Part shown: positions 1 to 11,899 of the stretch, piece after piece | Layout of the letters: each line of letters starts with the position of its first letter | Numbering within the stretch: position 1 is the first letter of the stretch | NCBI GenBank assembly: GCA_038087875.1 | Contig: CM075993.1 | Coordinates: forward strand, 11,596,001-11,660,000 | Direction of reading: 5' to 3' | Length of the DNA stretch: 64,000 nt | Source: Malacoraja senta | Taxonomy: Eukaryota | Program-made: the position numbers and the translations under genes | The notes under the pieces: generated by a model | The model's database searches: none | What the model was told of the DNA's origin: nothing | What the model saw: only the letters and a program-made list of their open reading frames with translations

Positions 1-627
1 TCACCTCTATCCCATTGCAGACATTGGTCTTTGTCTGTGGAACTGGGGTGCTACAATGCTGAGATCTATATTCTGCACGTATTTTTCACTTTGTTCCACT
101 TATTGTACTTGAGATTGGCTTGATTATATTTATGTACTTGATTTCATTGGATAGCATGCAAAACAAAATTATTCACTGTACCTCAGTACATATGACTATA
201 ATAAACCTAAACCTAGACCAAAGTAAAGGGGAGATACAAGAAACTACAGTAAAAATCAAATGCTGGAGAAATTTAGCAGGTCAGTGGGAGAGAGTGACAT
301 TTTGGAAAGCTGGAAAAGAGATGGGAGCAGTATAAAGCCCGACAAGTTATAGATAGATCCAGGTAAGGGTGTGATTCGCAGATGGGTGGAGTAAATGACA
401 AAGGCTCGTGGATAAAAGGAGAGAAAAGAGTATCAAATAAGGAAAGAAGAGGAGAAGTGAAATGTCAAATCAGAGAAAGAGATATGGGTGCAAGGCCACA
501 TGGGGAGGGAAAGAGAGGGGATTAAAGGGAAATTCCGGTGGGGAAATGAGCGACAGAAGAGGGGACAGGAGCAGGGTGACTAGAGGTGGTGGGAGATGAG
601 AGAGGGGTATTATTTTAAATCGGAGAA

Positions 628-749
628 TTCATTGTTCATACTGAAGAAGGGTTTCGGCCCGAAACGTTGCCTATTTCCTTCGCTCCATAGATGCTGCTGC
701 ACCCGCTGAGTTTCTCCAGCATTTTTGTGTACCTTCACTGTTCATACTG
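628..749 (+). mobile_element. Hammerhead-only Penelope-derived mini-insertion with target-site duplication, inside an older minus-strand Penelope 3' remnant
   Basis: CTGAAGAAGGGTTTCGGCCCGAAACGTT at 641-668 plus the pLTR tail. Flanked by TTCA(T/C)TGTTCATACTG at 628-643 and 734-749. Confidence 0.75.
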
Positions 750-1823
750 TTGGTTTGTAGGCTACCCATGTGGAATGCAAGGTGCTGTTCTTCCAATTTT
801 AAGGAATAACAGCTTCCCACTCCTCCACTCTTCCTCCTGTGCCCCAAACACCCGCATACACCTTTCTCCCATTATCTCCTATCACCATAGTCACCCTGAG
901 CTTTTCCCTTCCTCCTTCTTTCCTTATCTGACATCCTTTAGTTTACGTTTCACCTCTAGCCTTTGACACTCCACCCATCTGCCAATCATACCCCTCACCT
1001 GTAAGCAGCTATCACTTGCCCCCACACCCATCTCTCTTTTCCAGCTTTCTCCCCCCCACTGTGGTGCTACAATGCAGCACATGTAGTCAACTTGGCCAAG
1101 GGTATGGTGGCCTAAGGCCTTCATGTAGAAATGCATATATCCATTGCTGTACAGTAAAATTCAACTAACCGAGTAAAATCATTTAAATGCGTGTGGTTTC
1201 ACTTGGCTCGGAAAATTTGAATAAGCCATCCTTTTACAATTGGTGAATTCCATAATTTTTTACAGCATTTACTTTTTTCAGATTAATTGGTAGAATAAAG
1301 TACTCAGTTCATCTGATCCATCTTTATGCTGATTTATGAAAACATTTAATAAAAATTGTAAGTTCACTTCTTTATCTCACTCAACCATTCAGAAAATAAT
1401 ATTAATGGCCTTGGAAATTAAAAAAAATAGGCAAGCTTTCTATTTCTCTAATGACTGAGAAACATGTACTGCTGGAGTTCTACTGCATTTCTGCATAATA
1501 ATGTAAACTAATAGCCCTGTATCACGGTGCGAGTCCACCCACGAGTTATCCCGAGTGAAAGAAAAAATCAAACTCGTGGTTGTCTACGAGATTCCAAGTT
1601 TATGTTCACGAGTTTAAACGAGTTCCCACGTGTATGTCTAAGTTTGCCGTTTACTTCTCATTTCTGCGATGTACCAAGTTCCTCTCCCGAGTTACCAAGT
1701 TCCTCTCCCGAGTTACTCTTGAGCCAACAATGACTACCGACGTGTGGAAAAATCATCACATGGTAAAAATGGTGTCATGCAGTATTTTTTTTCACTATAA
1801 AAAGCCTCCCATGTTTAAATTTC

Positions 1824-1960
1824 TTAGGGTTACGGAATCAAGGGATATGGGGAGAAAGCAGAAATGGGGTACTGATTTTGGATGATCAGCCATAATCATA
1901 TTGAATGGCAATGCTGGCTCGAAGGGCCGAATGGCCTACTGCACCTATTTGCTATGTGTT
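1824..1960 (+). mobile_element. CR1 LINE 3' tail fragment
   Basis: GGGATATGGGGAGAAAGCAGG...GATCAGCCAT...GAAGGGCCGAATGGCCTACT matches the 3' ends of the CR1 copies at 29870-29995 and 44875-45014. Confidence 0.75.
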
Positions 1961-3645
1961 TATACCTTTTAAATGTTTTGACATGCGTTTCAGGATTCCA
2001 GCATCTGTCTTTTCCAATATCCCTTTCCCTGTATTTCTCTTGGGCTTTTCCTCTCTTTCCCCAACTCCTATCTCCTCCATCTGCCAGTCCATCTGAGTGT
2101 AGATATGAAGTTCTTCTTGGCTGTCTATCTGTATGTGTGGACTTTCCATTAAAAGTCATCCATGAGACTGCTGAACGAGGACGGAGTGTCGCCGCCCCCC
2201 CCTCCCCCCCCAGCCCCCCCATCCCCCCAACGCTCAAACCCTCCCCACCCTCCTCACCAGCACTTGCACCCCCGCCCAAACCCCCCACACCGCCCCGCCT
2301 CGCCACCATCAAACACACACACATGGGACTGAACTGGATGGAACATGCTGTCATCACAGGTGTTCCACGGCACTTGTCACTTTGCTTGTAACAGCACTAC
2401 TTGTTATGTGGTATATTTATGGGGTATGTGTTATATGTAGGTATTGTTTTATGTGGGTTATGTGGTATTATGTGTTATAAGAGGGTATCGTTTTATGTGG
2501 GTTATGTGTAAGTGGGGAACCATGCACAACTGGACAGGCACTTAAGCATTTCACTACTGGTTATACCTGTATAATTGAGTATGTGACCAATAAACTTGAA
2601 TTGAATTGATCATTATCTCACAATCCTTCAGGTGTTTTTGCCACTCATTTCTCATCCAGTCATGGGTTCATACAACACAGAAACAGGCTCCTCCGCCCAC
2701 CACGTCCATTCCAACCATAGCCTTCCTGACCGTTATTCGAGTTCTGGCCCATATACTTTGTAAACCTGCCTCCGTCACGTTCTCAGATTATGACTACAGT
2801 ACTTACTGGGTTGAGAAAGAAAATCATCAGATGCCCTCTATTCCGCCTGCTGCTCACGTTAAATCTACGCCCTTTGATGAGTTCAATTAATCTGATTATT
2901 GTCTGTCCTCATTCATTTCATTATACGTTCACTTGAGCAGCGTGTGTCACTGCTCCAGAGACCTGGGTTTGATTCTAACCTCCGGTACTATTTTATGGAG
3001 TTTACCCCAAGTGCTCCCTTTCGCTCCCCACACGCTGCTTTGTTGTATGAATGCTCCCCGCAACACCTGCTGTGTTGTATGAACCCATGACTCGATGAGA
3101 AATGAATGGCAAAAATACTGGAAGGACTGTCACCTTCCCCCAATGTGTCGGTGAGTGGTCGAATGGGGCTCAGGTGGGAAATTGATGTGAATGCGGGCAG
3201 AAATGAGTTTGAGGTAAATGAGTGTTTGACGGCTGGCTCAGTGGGCCGAAGGGCCTGTTTCTGCCCTTTGGGACATTTTCACCAGGTGTGTGCGCTGCCA
3301 ATCGCGAAGCTTCGCTATTTGTAAAGGTTTCTTGTCTAATGTACTTTTTAAAACTCACTGAACCCGAGTTTGGGGATTTTTCAATATATAGGTTGACGGT
3401 TAGTACATTTCTCACCCCTGTTTATTCATCGCTCGGCAGACTGTATTTCGGGGATCTCGCCTCACACCTGTATCATTGGCCACATTATCATATCCTGCAC
3501 TGTTTTATCGGTGACTGCGGATGGTAGCGAACGACCCCAAAGGATATTCCCCTTCGTGTTGGCAAAGTTTTGCAATTGGTTTATTTTTCACATAAAGGCG
3601 ATTTATTTTGAAGAGCGGGTGTGGATCATTTCATTTTCAAATAAT

Positions 3646-3848
3646 CTTATTCAAACAAGAGATGGACACAAAAAGCTGGAGTAACTCAGCGGGTCAGACG
3701 GCATCTCCGGAGAAAAGGAATAGGCGACGCTTCGGGTCGAGACTCATTTTTCAGCGATGCTGCATGACCCGCTGAGCTACTCCAGCTTTTTGTGCCTGTC
3801 TTCGGTGTAAACCACCATCTGCAGTTCCTTCCTACACTTATTCAAACA
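3646..3848. mobile_element. Fold-back Penelope pLTR mini-element with 12 bp TSD
   Basis: Inverted copies of the pLTR tail and a partial hammerhead on the minus strand. CTTATTCAAACA at 3646-3657 and 3837-3848. Confidence 0.7.
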
Positions 3849-4599
3849 GGAATGCATTCACTCAACTTTTTTTACTCACCTTTTTTTTTCTCTGTCAAGC
3901 TGCCGAGTTAACTCAACGGGTCACGCAACATTTCTGGATAAAAGGAATCGGTGACGTTTGAAGGAAGGAAGTTTGGAAGGAAGGAATTGCAGATGCTAGT
4001 TTCAAATTTTTCCTTCAAGAGTAAATTTGACTCGTGGAAATCTTTCATCATGTTGAAAGATTTTCACGAGTTATCAAGTTTCCCGAGTACCTGCCGTTAG
4101 CGTTACGAGTCGCTAAGTTATGTCCACGAGTTCCGACGTTCCCGCTACGTTAATTCTACGTGATTACCACGAGTTTGATTTGTTTTTAACTCGGGATCAC
4201 TCGTGGGTGGACTCGCACCGTGAGACCGGGGTTTAAGCACATCTTAAGTCTTAAGTCACCTGTACCTATATTAATGGTTCAACACTGCCCTCTTCAGTTG
4301 GATACAGTGCATTACAGAATTTCCACTTTAACCATCTGATGCCAGGAGAAAGTCACACAAATTCACATGAACACACCATATTAGACAAATATATCTGCAC
4401 TGATATCTCTACACAAAATACATCCTGCAATCATCCAAGTATTTTACCACTTATCAAAGGAAAGTTGTCTATCCTAAACACATTAAACTTGAGGGTTAGT
4501 GATACAACTAAAAGCAACAGAACACTCAAAACACATTTTAACATGAACATTCACCACAGTGACTCCTACACATTCCTCACTGTGATGGAAAGCGAAATA

Positions 4600-5045
4600 A
4601 AGTTCAAGTCCTTTCCCTTAGTTCTTCCTCGGCCGTGGGCCTCGAGCCCCCGTTGACGGGACAGTCTTGACTCCCGTAGCCGGCGGTGTTCGGGCCCTCC
4701 GCGCCGGGCGATCGAACCTCGCGTCGGGGCTGGACGAACCTTCTGCGGCGTTGGAGCTCTCGACTAGCCTCACCCGAGACTGCGGGCCCTTTGTGTTGAT
4801 TCCGCGGTGGTCACGGTTGGAGCGATCCCAGGCAAGGGATCTGCTCCGATGGTAAGTCCGCACCCCGCGGTGGGGCTCACGACAGTCCGAGGAGGCTTCC
4901 AGCTCCATCGATGGTGGGCCGCAGAGCCCGGAGAATGTGATACGAAAAATGATCACATCTCCGGGAAGGTAGGAACCTGAAAACAAGTTCCCCCCAATCC
5001 CCTCCCACCTCCCCCCACACAAAACAAACCAAGCAACATTAAAAC
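4600..5045. other. CpG-rich, hairpin-rich segment, probably an unclassified young repeat
   Basis: High CpG density against an AT-rich background. Stem-loops at 4649-4660, 4819-4847 and 4927-4965. Confidence 0.4.
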
Positions 5046-5865
5046 AGCTATCTCCCCTGGCGCCCCTGTTGATCAGCAGTTTTGTCTCTGGGTTAGTCAC
5101 AGATTCTGCCTCCAAAACATTTAAATGCATAAATATTGTGAAGCATGCACAGAAACATACTTGGGGCAAATGAGCATGACATTTTAGACTAAAGGTAATT
5201 TGTGGCAGGGCTGCACACCATTTCTGAATCATTTGCTCAGACCTGGTTTGATTAATATCTGTCACAGATGTTATTGTTAGCAGCACACTGAGAAATGAGT
5301 TACTGGACATTCAGATTACTTCAGTGATAATTATGCTGTTTGAATTATTTATACAACCCTTACATTAAGTCTAAACTATTATTATGTGCTTGTGATTGCC
5401 AACAAACTGAAGTTTCCAAGTTTATTTTGTTAAATGTCAGTTTTGACAATAAATATGCATATTCAGGATGAAAGGAATAAAAATGCACGTTCAAATTTAT
5501 AATAAAGTGTAAATTTTTCTGCAGCGGTATTTCATTTAATGTAATCAAACCAAATGAATCTTGCCAATATAGGGCCATGTTTATTCAGAATAAATGCTGT
5601 GAAATTTCTGTTAAACAGAAGACAGAAACTCAGTATAACCATGATAAACAATACATTGAATATGGCTTAATTCTTCTTTTTCTCTGTGAGTTCGAAAGAG
5701 ATAAGAGTTAAATCATATCATATGTTGCCACCCATTGCCACAGCCACTGGCACCAGAAAATGAATCATAATTAACTGGTACACTTCCATTTCACCAGGTT
5801 TAAGTGGCTTTGTTTGTTACTTTCTACTGTTAAGTTCATCCAAACATTGTATTTGGATGATTATC

Positions 5866-5891
5866 ATGATGATGATGATGATGATGATGAT
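5866..5891 (+). repeat. (GAT)n microsatellite
   Basis: Direct reading. Confidence 0.9.
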
Positions 5892-8092
5892 ACTTTTGCT
5901 CAAATATTTAATGTTTGCAGTCTCTTTGTTGACACCTCTCCAGGTCTTTTCAGATGAATTGTTTTTCTCAGTTACTTATGCTTCATTTTACTTTCTAATT
6001 CAAGGGCATAATGTAGTTGGAGCCTTCATTATTTAACTGGTAGGAGTACGGCTGAGTACATTATCTGTGAATCCAGCCCTAACGATCAGAAGGCTCAAAC
6101 TTTGGTCAGCAACTGGAGTTGAGTAGTCTGAATTCTGCCACAGTAGCAGTGGGACCCCAGCTTTAATGTCATTGGACTAGGAAGCTTTGAAAACAGGAAA
6201 AGAGAAGCAAAGGCAGTCAAACCAGCAAAAAGAGATTTGAAGATAACGGCAGGACACTAATTATAATTTTGGTAGGAAGATTTACTATTGATACATCACA
6301 GTCATGGGGTGGTAGATTGTCTAGACTTCACTGTTTGACATGGGATTGAAGAAAAGTTCATCTTCAATTTATTCCCACTCTGATTGAACTGTTGGGGGTT
6401 CTGACAGGGTTGGCATTTTTGAAGTATTGTATTAAGCACTGAACATTACCTACAGTCACAGCTTTGAGAAAACTAATGGATCAATTAATTTAGACTAGGC
6501 AGTTATTAGCAATTTAATGTCATTTCCGGTTCTATAATGCACCCCTGGTTCAAAGTCAGGAATATGTGCAATTAAAACTGTGCCACTTTACTAGTTTTGT
6601 GAGAAAATAATACAATTATACAATTAACCTTCTTGATGGATTTCAGAACATAGCAATTACCATGGACAGCAAAATTCATTTGATTAGTACCCAAGGATAA
6701 TTAAATGTTACATTTCGACAACTCCGCCTTTTAAAAATTTTATGCCAAAATATAATCTGAATATTTGTATAAAGATCATTGTATTGGTTGCATTTTTAAT
6801 CACTCAATATATATTCTAGCATATATCAATCAATGTCAACACCAAGCATTTTTATGACAGGGTTGCTGCCACTGTCAGATTAAACAATGGTTGCACTAAA
6901 GTGTGACAAAGAAACAAAGTAACACTTAAAAAACAAAACACTTTTTTACCATTAGTGTTTTAGCATTACCATATTAATTTTTTTCACAGCCTCAGCCATT
7001 CTAACTTGCGTAGCATTTATGGTCAACAAGTTAGTTAATTTGCTCAAGATTTTTCTTTTCACGATAGACTTTAAAAAAAAAGATTGCTTTAGATCTTTTG
7101 CTATTGATTGAATTTCATTTACCCTCAAGATCATGATTCAGATTTAAGTCAGCAACATAATATTTGATTATTAATGCTAAGGAGCAATTAATCCACTGAA
7201 GTAAAGTAAAATGTTGTAAATGTACTGTTTATTTGAAATTCAGGGTTGTACAAAATAAATTTCCAGCCCTTCAGACATCAACCACAGTTTATTAATAGTA
7301 ACAATAAGTCACCAGCACCCTTCCCCAAGTGAATGCTGTTGTATTGGCAGATTACTAATATATTGGCACCAAACATCGATAGACATGTTCTAGAAACTAA
7401 ACCTTATCCTCATTTTTATCACAGGTTGCAGGAGCCAAGCTGCTGATCTATTGACAAAGGCTGCAGTGAAAGCCTCAAGCCCCAACAAAATTCACATGGA
7501 AAGTGCACAGCTCACAGTTAGAATCTTAGGTCCTGAATTTTCTCCAGTTGCGTTTCATTAAAATGATATATAACACGTGTAATATTGTTAATACATAAAG
7601 TTTCTCGGAAATAATAGGAACTGACTTCTGCCAGGAGTTATGTTGTACAATACTAGCACCACTCTGCCTTGGGTGGCCAGTACATGTAAAACTCAGCATT
7701 GCTCAGCCTTCCTTTGCAAGCAATTGCTAATTTGTGGACTTGCACCGTTATTTCTGCTGCAGCAGTTGGACCAAAATTGTTGTGTGGATGACCCAATAGT
7801 AGGGTGATTCTTAATGAAACTAACTTTTTCCCAACTCTGGGAACCAATGAATTAACAATAAAAACTATATAACCTCAGAAGTTTCTAATTTGTTTTAATA
7901 GTCTCTAATACAACATCTCACATTTTGACAGTTCATTCTTTCTAATATTGCCACTAACAGGGCTGTCACAATGTAAATCAGTACCTTACACCTTATGATG
8001 TGAAAATAAGTTGAGAGTATTGTAATAGTATGTCCACTGGGCATTCTCTTGCCTCTAATTCTTTTGGACAATCAAATAATCCATAGAGAGGA

Positions 8093-8675
8093 AGCTGGAG
8101 AAACTCAGCGGGTGAGGCAGCATCTATGGAGCGAAGGAATAGGCGACGTTTCGGGTCGAGACCCTTCTTCAGGCTGATGTCGGGGGGGGGCGGGAAAAAG
8201 AAAGGAAGAGGCGGAGACAGTGGGCTGTGGGAGAACTGGGAAGGGGAGGGGGAGGAGAAAGAAAGCAAGGACTACATTAAATTGTAGGTCAATGTTCATA
8301 CCGCTGGGGTGTAAACTACCCAAGCGAAATATGAGGTGCTGTTCCTCCAATTTGCGGTGGGACTCACTCTGGCCATGGAGGAGGTCCAGGACAGAGAGGT
8401 CAGATTTGGAATGGGAGAGGGAGTTAAAGTGCTGAGCCACCGGGAGATCAGGTTGGTTCTTGTGAACTGAGTGGAGGTGTTTGCAAAGCGATCGCCAAGC
8501 CTGCGCTTGGTCTCACTGATGTAGAGCAGTTGACACCTGGAACAGCGGATGCAATAGATGAGGTTGGAGGAGGTGCACGCGAACTTCTGCCTCACCTGGA
8601 AAGACTGCTTGGGTCCTTGGATGGAGTCGAGGGGGGAGGTAAAGCGACAAGTGAAGCATTTCCTGCGGTTGCAAG
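8093..8675 (-). mobile_element. Penelope-like element 3' fragment (GIY-YIG region plus hammerhead-bearing 3' end), frameshifted
   Basis: CNRRKCFTC...NLIYCIRCSRCQLLYISETKRRLGDRF, then AQHFNS...RKLEEQHLIFRLGSLHPSGMN in another frame. Confidence 0.9.
8145..8172 (-). ncRNA. Minimal type I hammerhead ribozyme motif
   Basis: Minus strand reads CTGAAGA-A-GGGT(CTCG)ACCC-GAAAC-GTC; core intact. Confidence 0.7.
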
Positions 8676-10269
8676 AAATTCTCAGAAAGGGCATACAGAC
8701 TGCAGTTCCGCAAAGAAGCAATTAGGTACTTAAGAGCACACTGAAAATCTAAATCTCCTGTCCTTCTCCTGCATCACCTAATCAGTGACAATCGACGGGA
8801 GGACTCCCTCGTTTGTACATCTCTGCTTCCTTCTAGTCAGAAAGAGAGAACTACTCAGGCACTTAAGCAAGGTGTCATCATCACTTAAGCAAGGTGTCGT
8901 CTTCGAAAAAAGCCTTCCTCTGTAGGGCACCCAAATTTATTACGAGAGACATGTTCCCTGCAAAGCCGAAAGACAACACTGTTGTGGCAACAGGATTATT
9001 GGTTTACCCAAGATGCAGCGGGTGATTGACAAAGAAACAAGCTGCTGAACACACCGCATGAGGAACCTGTCACTTCCATCCACAGGAAAGATTAATGCTT
9101 GCTAAATGTGCTAACCCACTGTGATGCTCAGCTGGGGATTCTGCACAAGATCTCAGATCATCAGTGAACAGTGATGTGTAATCACTGTATATAATATATT
9201 GGACTCTTTAAAATACATGTCACAGTCAATAAAATACATTTTATTATTATAACATTATGAAATATGAGCAGACTTGATTTTAGAAGTTGTAGTTCTTATA
9301 CCTTCTCTTGTCGCATCCCTACCTGGTTCTGGCTTACGTTGCCATTTATATAAATACCATGGAGTTACCCATTGTTTGGTCTGTCCGCAAGATCGTATTT
9401 CCCAATTGGCTTTACTGCATCATATATGAATCACATTTTTGGCAAATTACAGCATAAAATTCAATCTTAACAGAGAGCTGAAGGAGTATTGTGTAACATG
9501 AAACATGCTGTTGTGCAAGATCAAACTGATTATAACAGAAGCAGCCTGATGTTGCCCCATGAAATTAGATATCTGTGATTTTACGCTTTGCATAAGGTTT
9601 TCCTGTGGTGAAATAAAAACATTATACAAATATTACTCCGGATTTTTGTCTCGTGGAGTTCTTGGGAGTTCTGTATTTAGAAGACATAGCTACATTTAAA
9701 TTAGTATTTTGCATTTTCTTTAAGAAATGGAAAGTTTAAGTGTGTGATCCTGATATGACTTTTCAAGTTGATATGCAAGGGGACAAATCACATAAATTTT
9801 AGAATTGAAGTGTTTATGTGATTTTTTTTAGGCTGTATGGAACTCTGTCACACAGAACAGAAAATTCAGAACTTAATGAGTTAGAGTTGACTAGGCTCAC
9901 AGTGGGGAAGGGAGCATTGCGACTTATTTTGTATTCCTGCCCATTATTTTTTGACAAGACATCCTAGACTGCAATGGTTTATATGCACAAAAACAAATGT
10001 TAAAACATCACTGCACTTGAGATTATGCAGGTTTTATGCAATCTCACAGTGAAGTATTTTCTAGAACATTTGGAGTGCATTGAATTATGTGAATTGACAT
10101 CCGCGATCTTCTGCATAATTGTATAAAGTGTAATGAAATTTCTAAAGATATTGATCCCCACAAAAAGCTATAGTTTCCAATGGCACCAACACGCTGAGGG
10201 GTAGTGCTTATTTGGAACAACTTTTTCTCTTAGATCATAATTCATATTTCTTACAACATACAAGGAGGA

Positions 10270-10655
10270 CATCATTGAAACATACAGAATAGTGAAAGGC
10301 TTGAATAAAGTGGATGTGGAGAGGATGTTTCCACTAGTGGGAGAGTCTAGGACAAGAGGTCAGCCTCAGAATTAAAGGATGTTTTTTTAGGAAGGAGGTG
10401 AGGAGGAATTTCTGTAGTCCGAGGGTGGTGAATCTGTGGAATTATTTGCCACAGAAGGCTGTGGAGGCAAAGTCAGTGGGTATATTTAAGGCAGAGCAAG
10501 ATAGATTCTCAATTACTATGGGTGTCAGAGGCTATGGGGTGAAGGTAGGAGAATGGGGTTAGGAGGGAGAGATAGATCAGCCATGATTAAATGGCAGAGT
10601 AGACTGGATGGGCCAATTGGCTTAATTCTACTACTATCACTTATGATCTTATGAC
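10270..10655 (+). mobile_element. CR1 LINE 3' fragment (degenerate)
   Basis: ATTGAAACATACAGAATAGTGAAAGGCTTG...GGTGGTGAATCTGTGGAA...GATCAGCCATGAT with a (CTTATGAT)-like tail. Confidence 0.8.
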
Positions 10656-11663
10656 ATTTGGCTAATCGAGTCTACATCAATCCTCAGAGCAATCCATTCA
10701 ATCCAATTCCCCACATTTTTCCTGTAGCCATCTCTCTGACTCATGCCTTTTAACAACACCCCTCTCCCCACCCATCCTGAACACCTCCAATTCATCTACC
10801 GTCCACCAACACAGAGGGGAGGGCAGTTTGTTGTTGCCAATTTAGCTACCAACCAGCACATCTTTGGGATGCAGGTGGAAACTGGAGCAATAGGAAAACC
10901 CTTATGGCCACAGTGAGAAGGCAAGTCAAGTCAAGTTTATTGTCATATGCACGTACAGTGAGGTACATGTGCAATGAAAATCTTACCTGCAGCTGTAACA
11001 CAGACTCATAAGTCATGTAGAAACCATACAACACAGGATGGGTTATGAGCTATAAGACAGTTGGACTATCTGAATGAGAATAAGTAGCATGTTTCTGGTG
11101 AATAATAACAATGAGACATTGCAACCTGGGACAAGGATTGCAATTGTCCAAAAGAAAGAAGGCCTTACCTTCAACAGGAAACAACAGCCCTTCCTCTCAG
11201 AACGCCATGGTGATCTGCAGTCTTTCTCCTTCCACACTTTTCCAGCAAACTCACCTACGTTTTGTAACTCCACAGGCACTATCAAATTGGTGGTCGTGAT
11301 TCTACCCAGGGCTTTGTGTGGCAACTAAACTCCAGATGGTAGTTCCTGAGATTCAGAGCCATTAAAACAGATCAAACCATCAAATGATTAGAAATTTACA
11401 TAATTCAAGACATTTACTTTGGATTTATTAAGAATTGAATTAACAGTAAAATTAAAAAAAACATTTCATTTGCAAAACATCACTTATCAGTGTTCTCCAG
11501 GGATGCTGGCTGACCCATTGAGTTATTCCAGCACTATCTGTCTTATTTTGTAAACCAGCATCTGCAGTCCCTTGTTTCTAACAAAAAACACTTACCCTCC
11601 TCTACATTTTTAGTCTACGTGTTGACAACATTGAAATGCGTGGGCTTATGTAAAGTCACCTTT

Positions 11664-11886
11664 TGTGGCGGGGACTCTAAGGAGTCCAGCCAAAAACTAA
11701 TCGGACACGAGTTGCGTGTTTATTCTCTCCAATACAGCTCCCTACTCCTCTCCTCTCACGGGTGTTGCCTGGCCTTAAATACCAACTCAGGTACCGACCC
11801 AGTGACTAACGCCTCCCACACCAAGACGCCGCCCTCCAGAGCCGATGGTTCGTTGTGCCCTTGGGTTGCCACCAGTTGCCGCCACA
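11664..11886 (-). mobile_element. Solo LTR (223 bp), Gypsy-like
   Basis: TGTGGCGG...CCGCCACA termini (TG...CA, 8 bp inverted repeat). Flanks CTTT/CTAT form a 4 bp TSD with one mismatch. AATAAA and TATTTAA on the minus strand. Confidence 0.65.
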
Positions 11887-11899
11887 CTATGGCCTTTAA

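Larger units (their letters stand above)
1512..4233. mobile_element. Non-autonomous PIF/Harbinger-like DNA transposon (~2.7 kb) with nested inserts
   Basis: ~60 bp imperfect terminal inverted repeats (TCACGGTGCGAGTCCACCCACGAGT... at 1522 and its reverse complement ending at 4223). TAA on both flanks (1509-1511, 4234-4236). Many subterminal ACGAGT motifs. Confidence 0.75.

Noticed and set aside
1952..2190. Harbinger transposase N-terminal remnant on the minus strand
   Set aside because: Only a vague resemblance spread over several frames, with no catalytic motif; it needs a profile search.
4618..5310. 230 aa minus-strand ORF
   Set aside because: It spans a compositional boundary between unique AT-rich DNA and a GC-rich segment, and has no recognisable domain.
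8860..8898. Tandem CACTTAAGCAAGGTGTC duplication as a regulatory site
   Set aside because: A single short local duplication with no supporting context.
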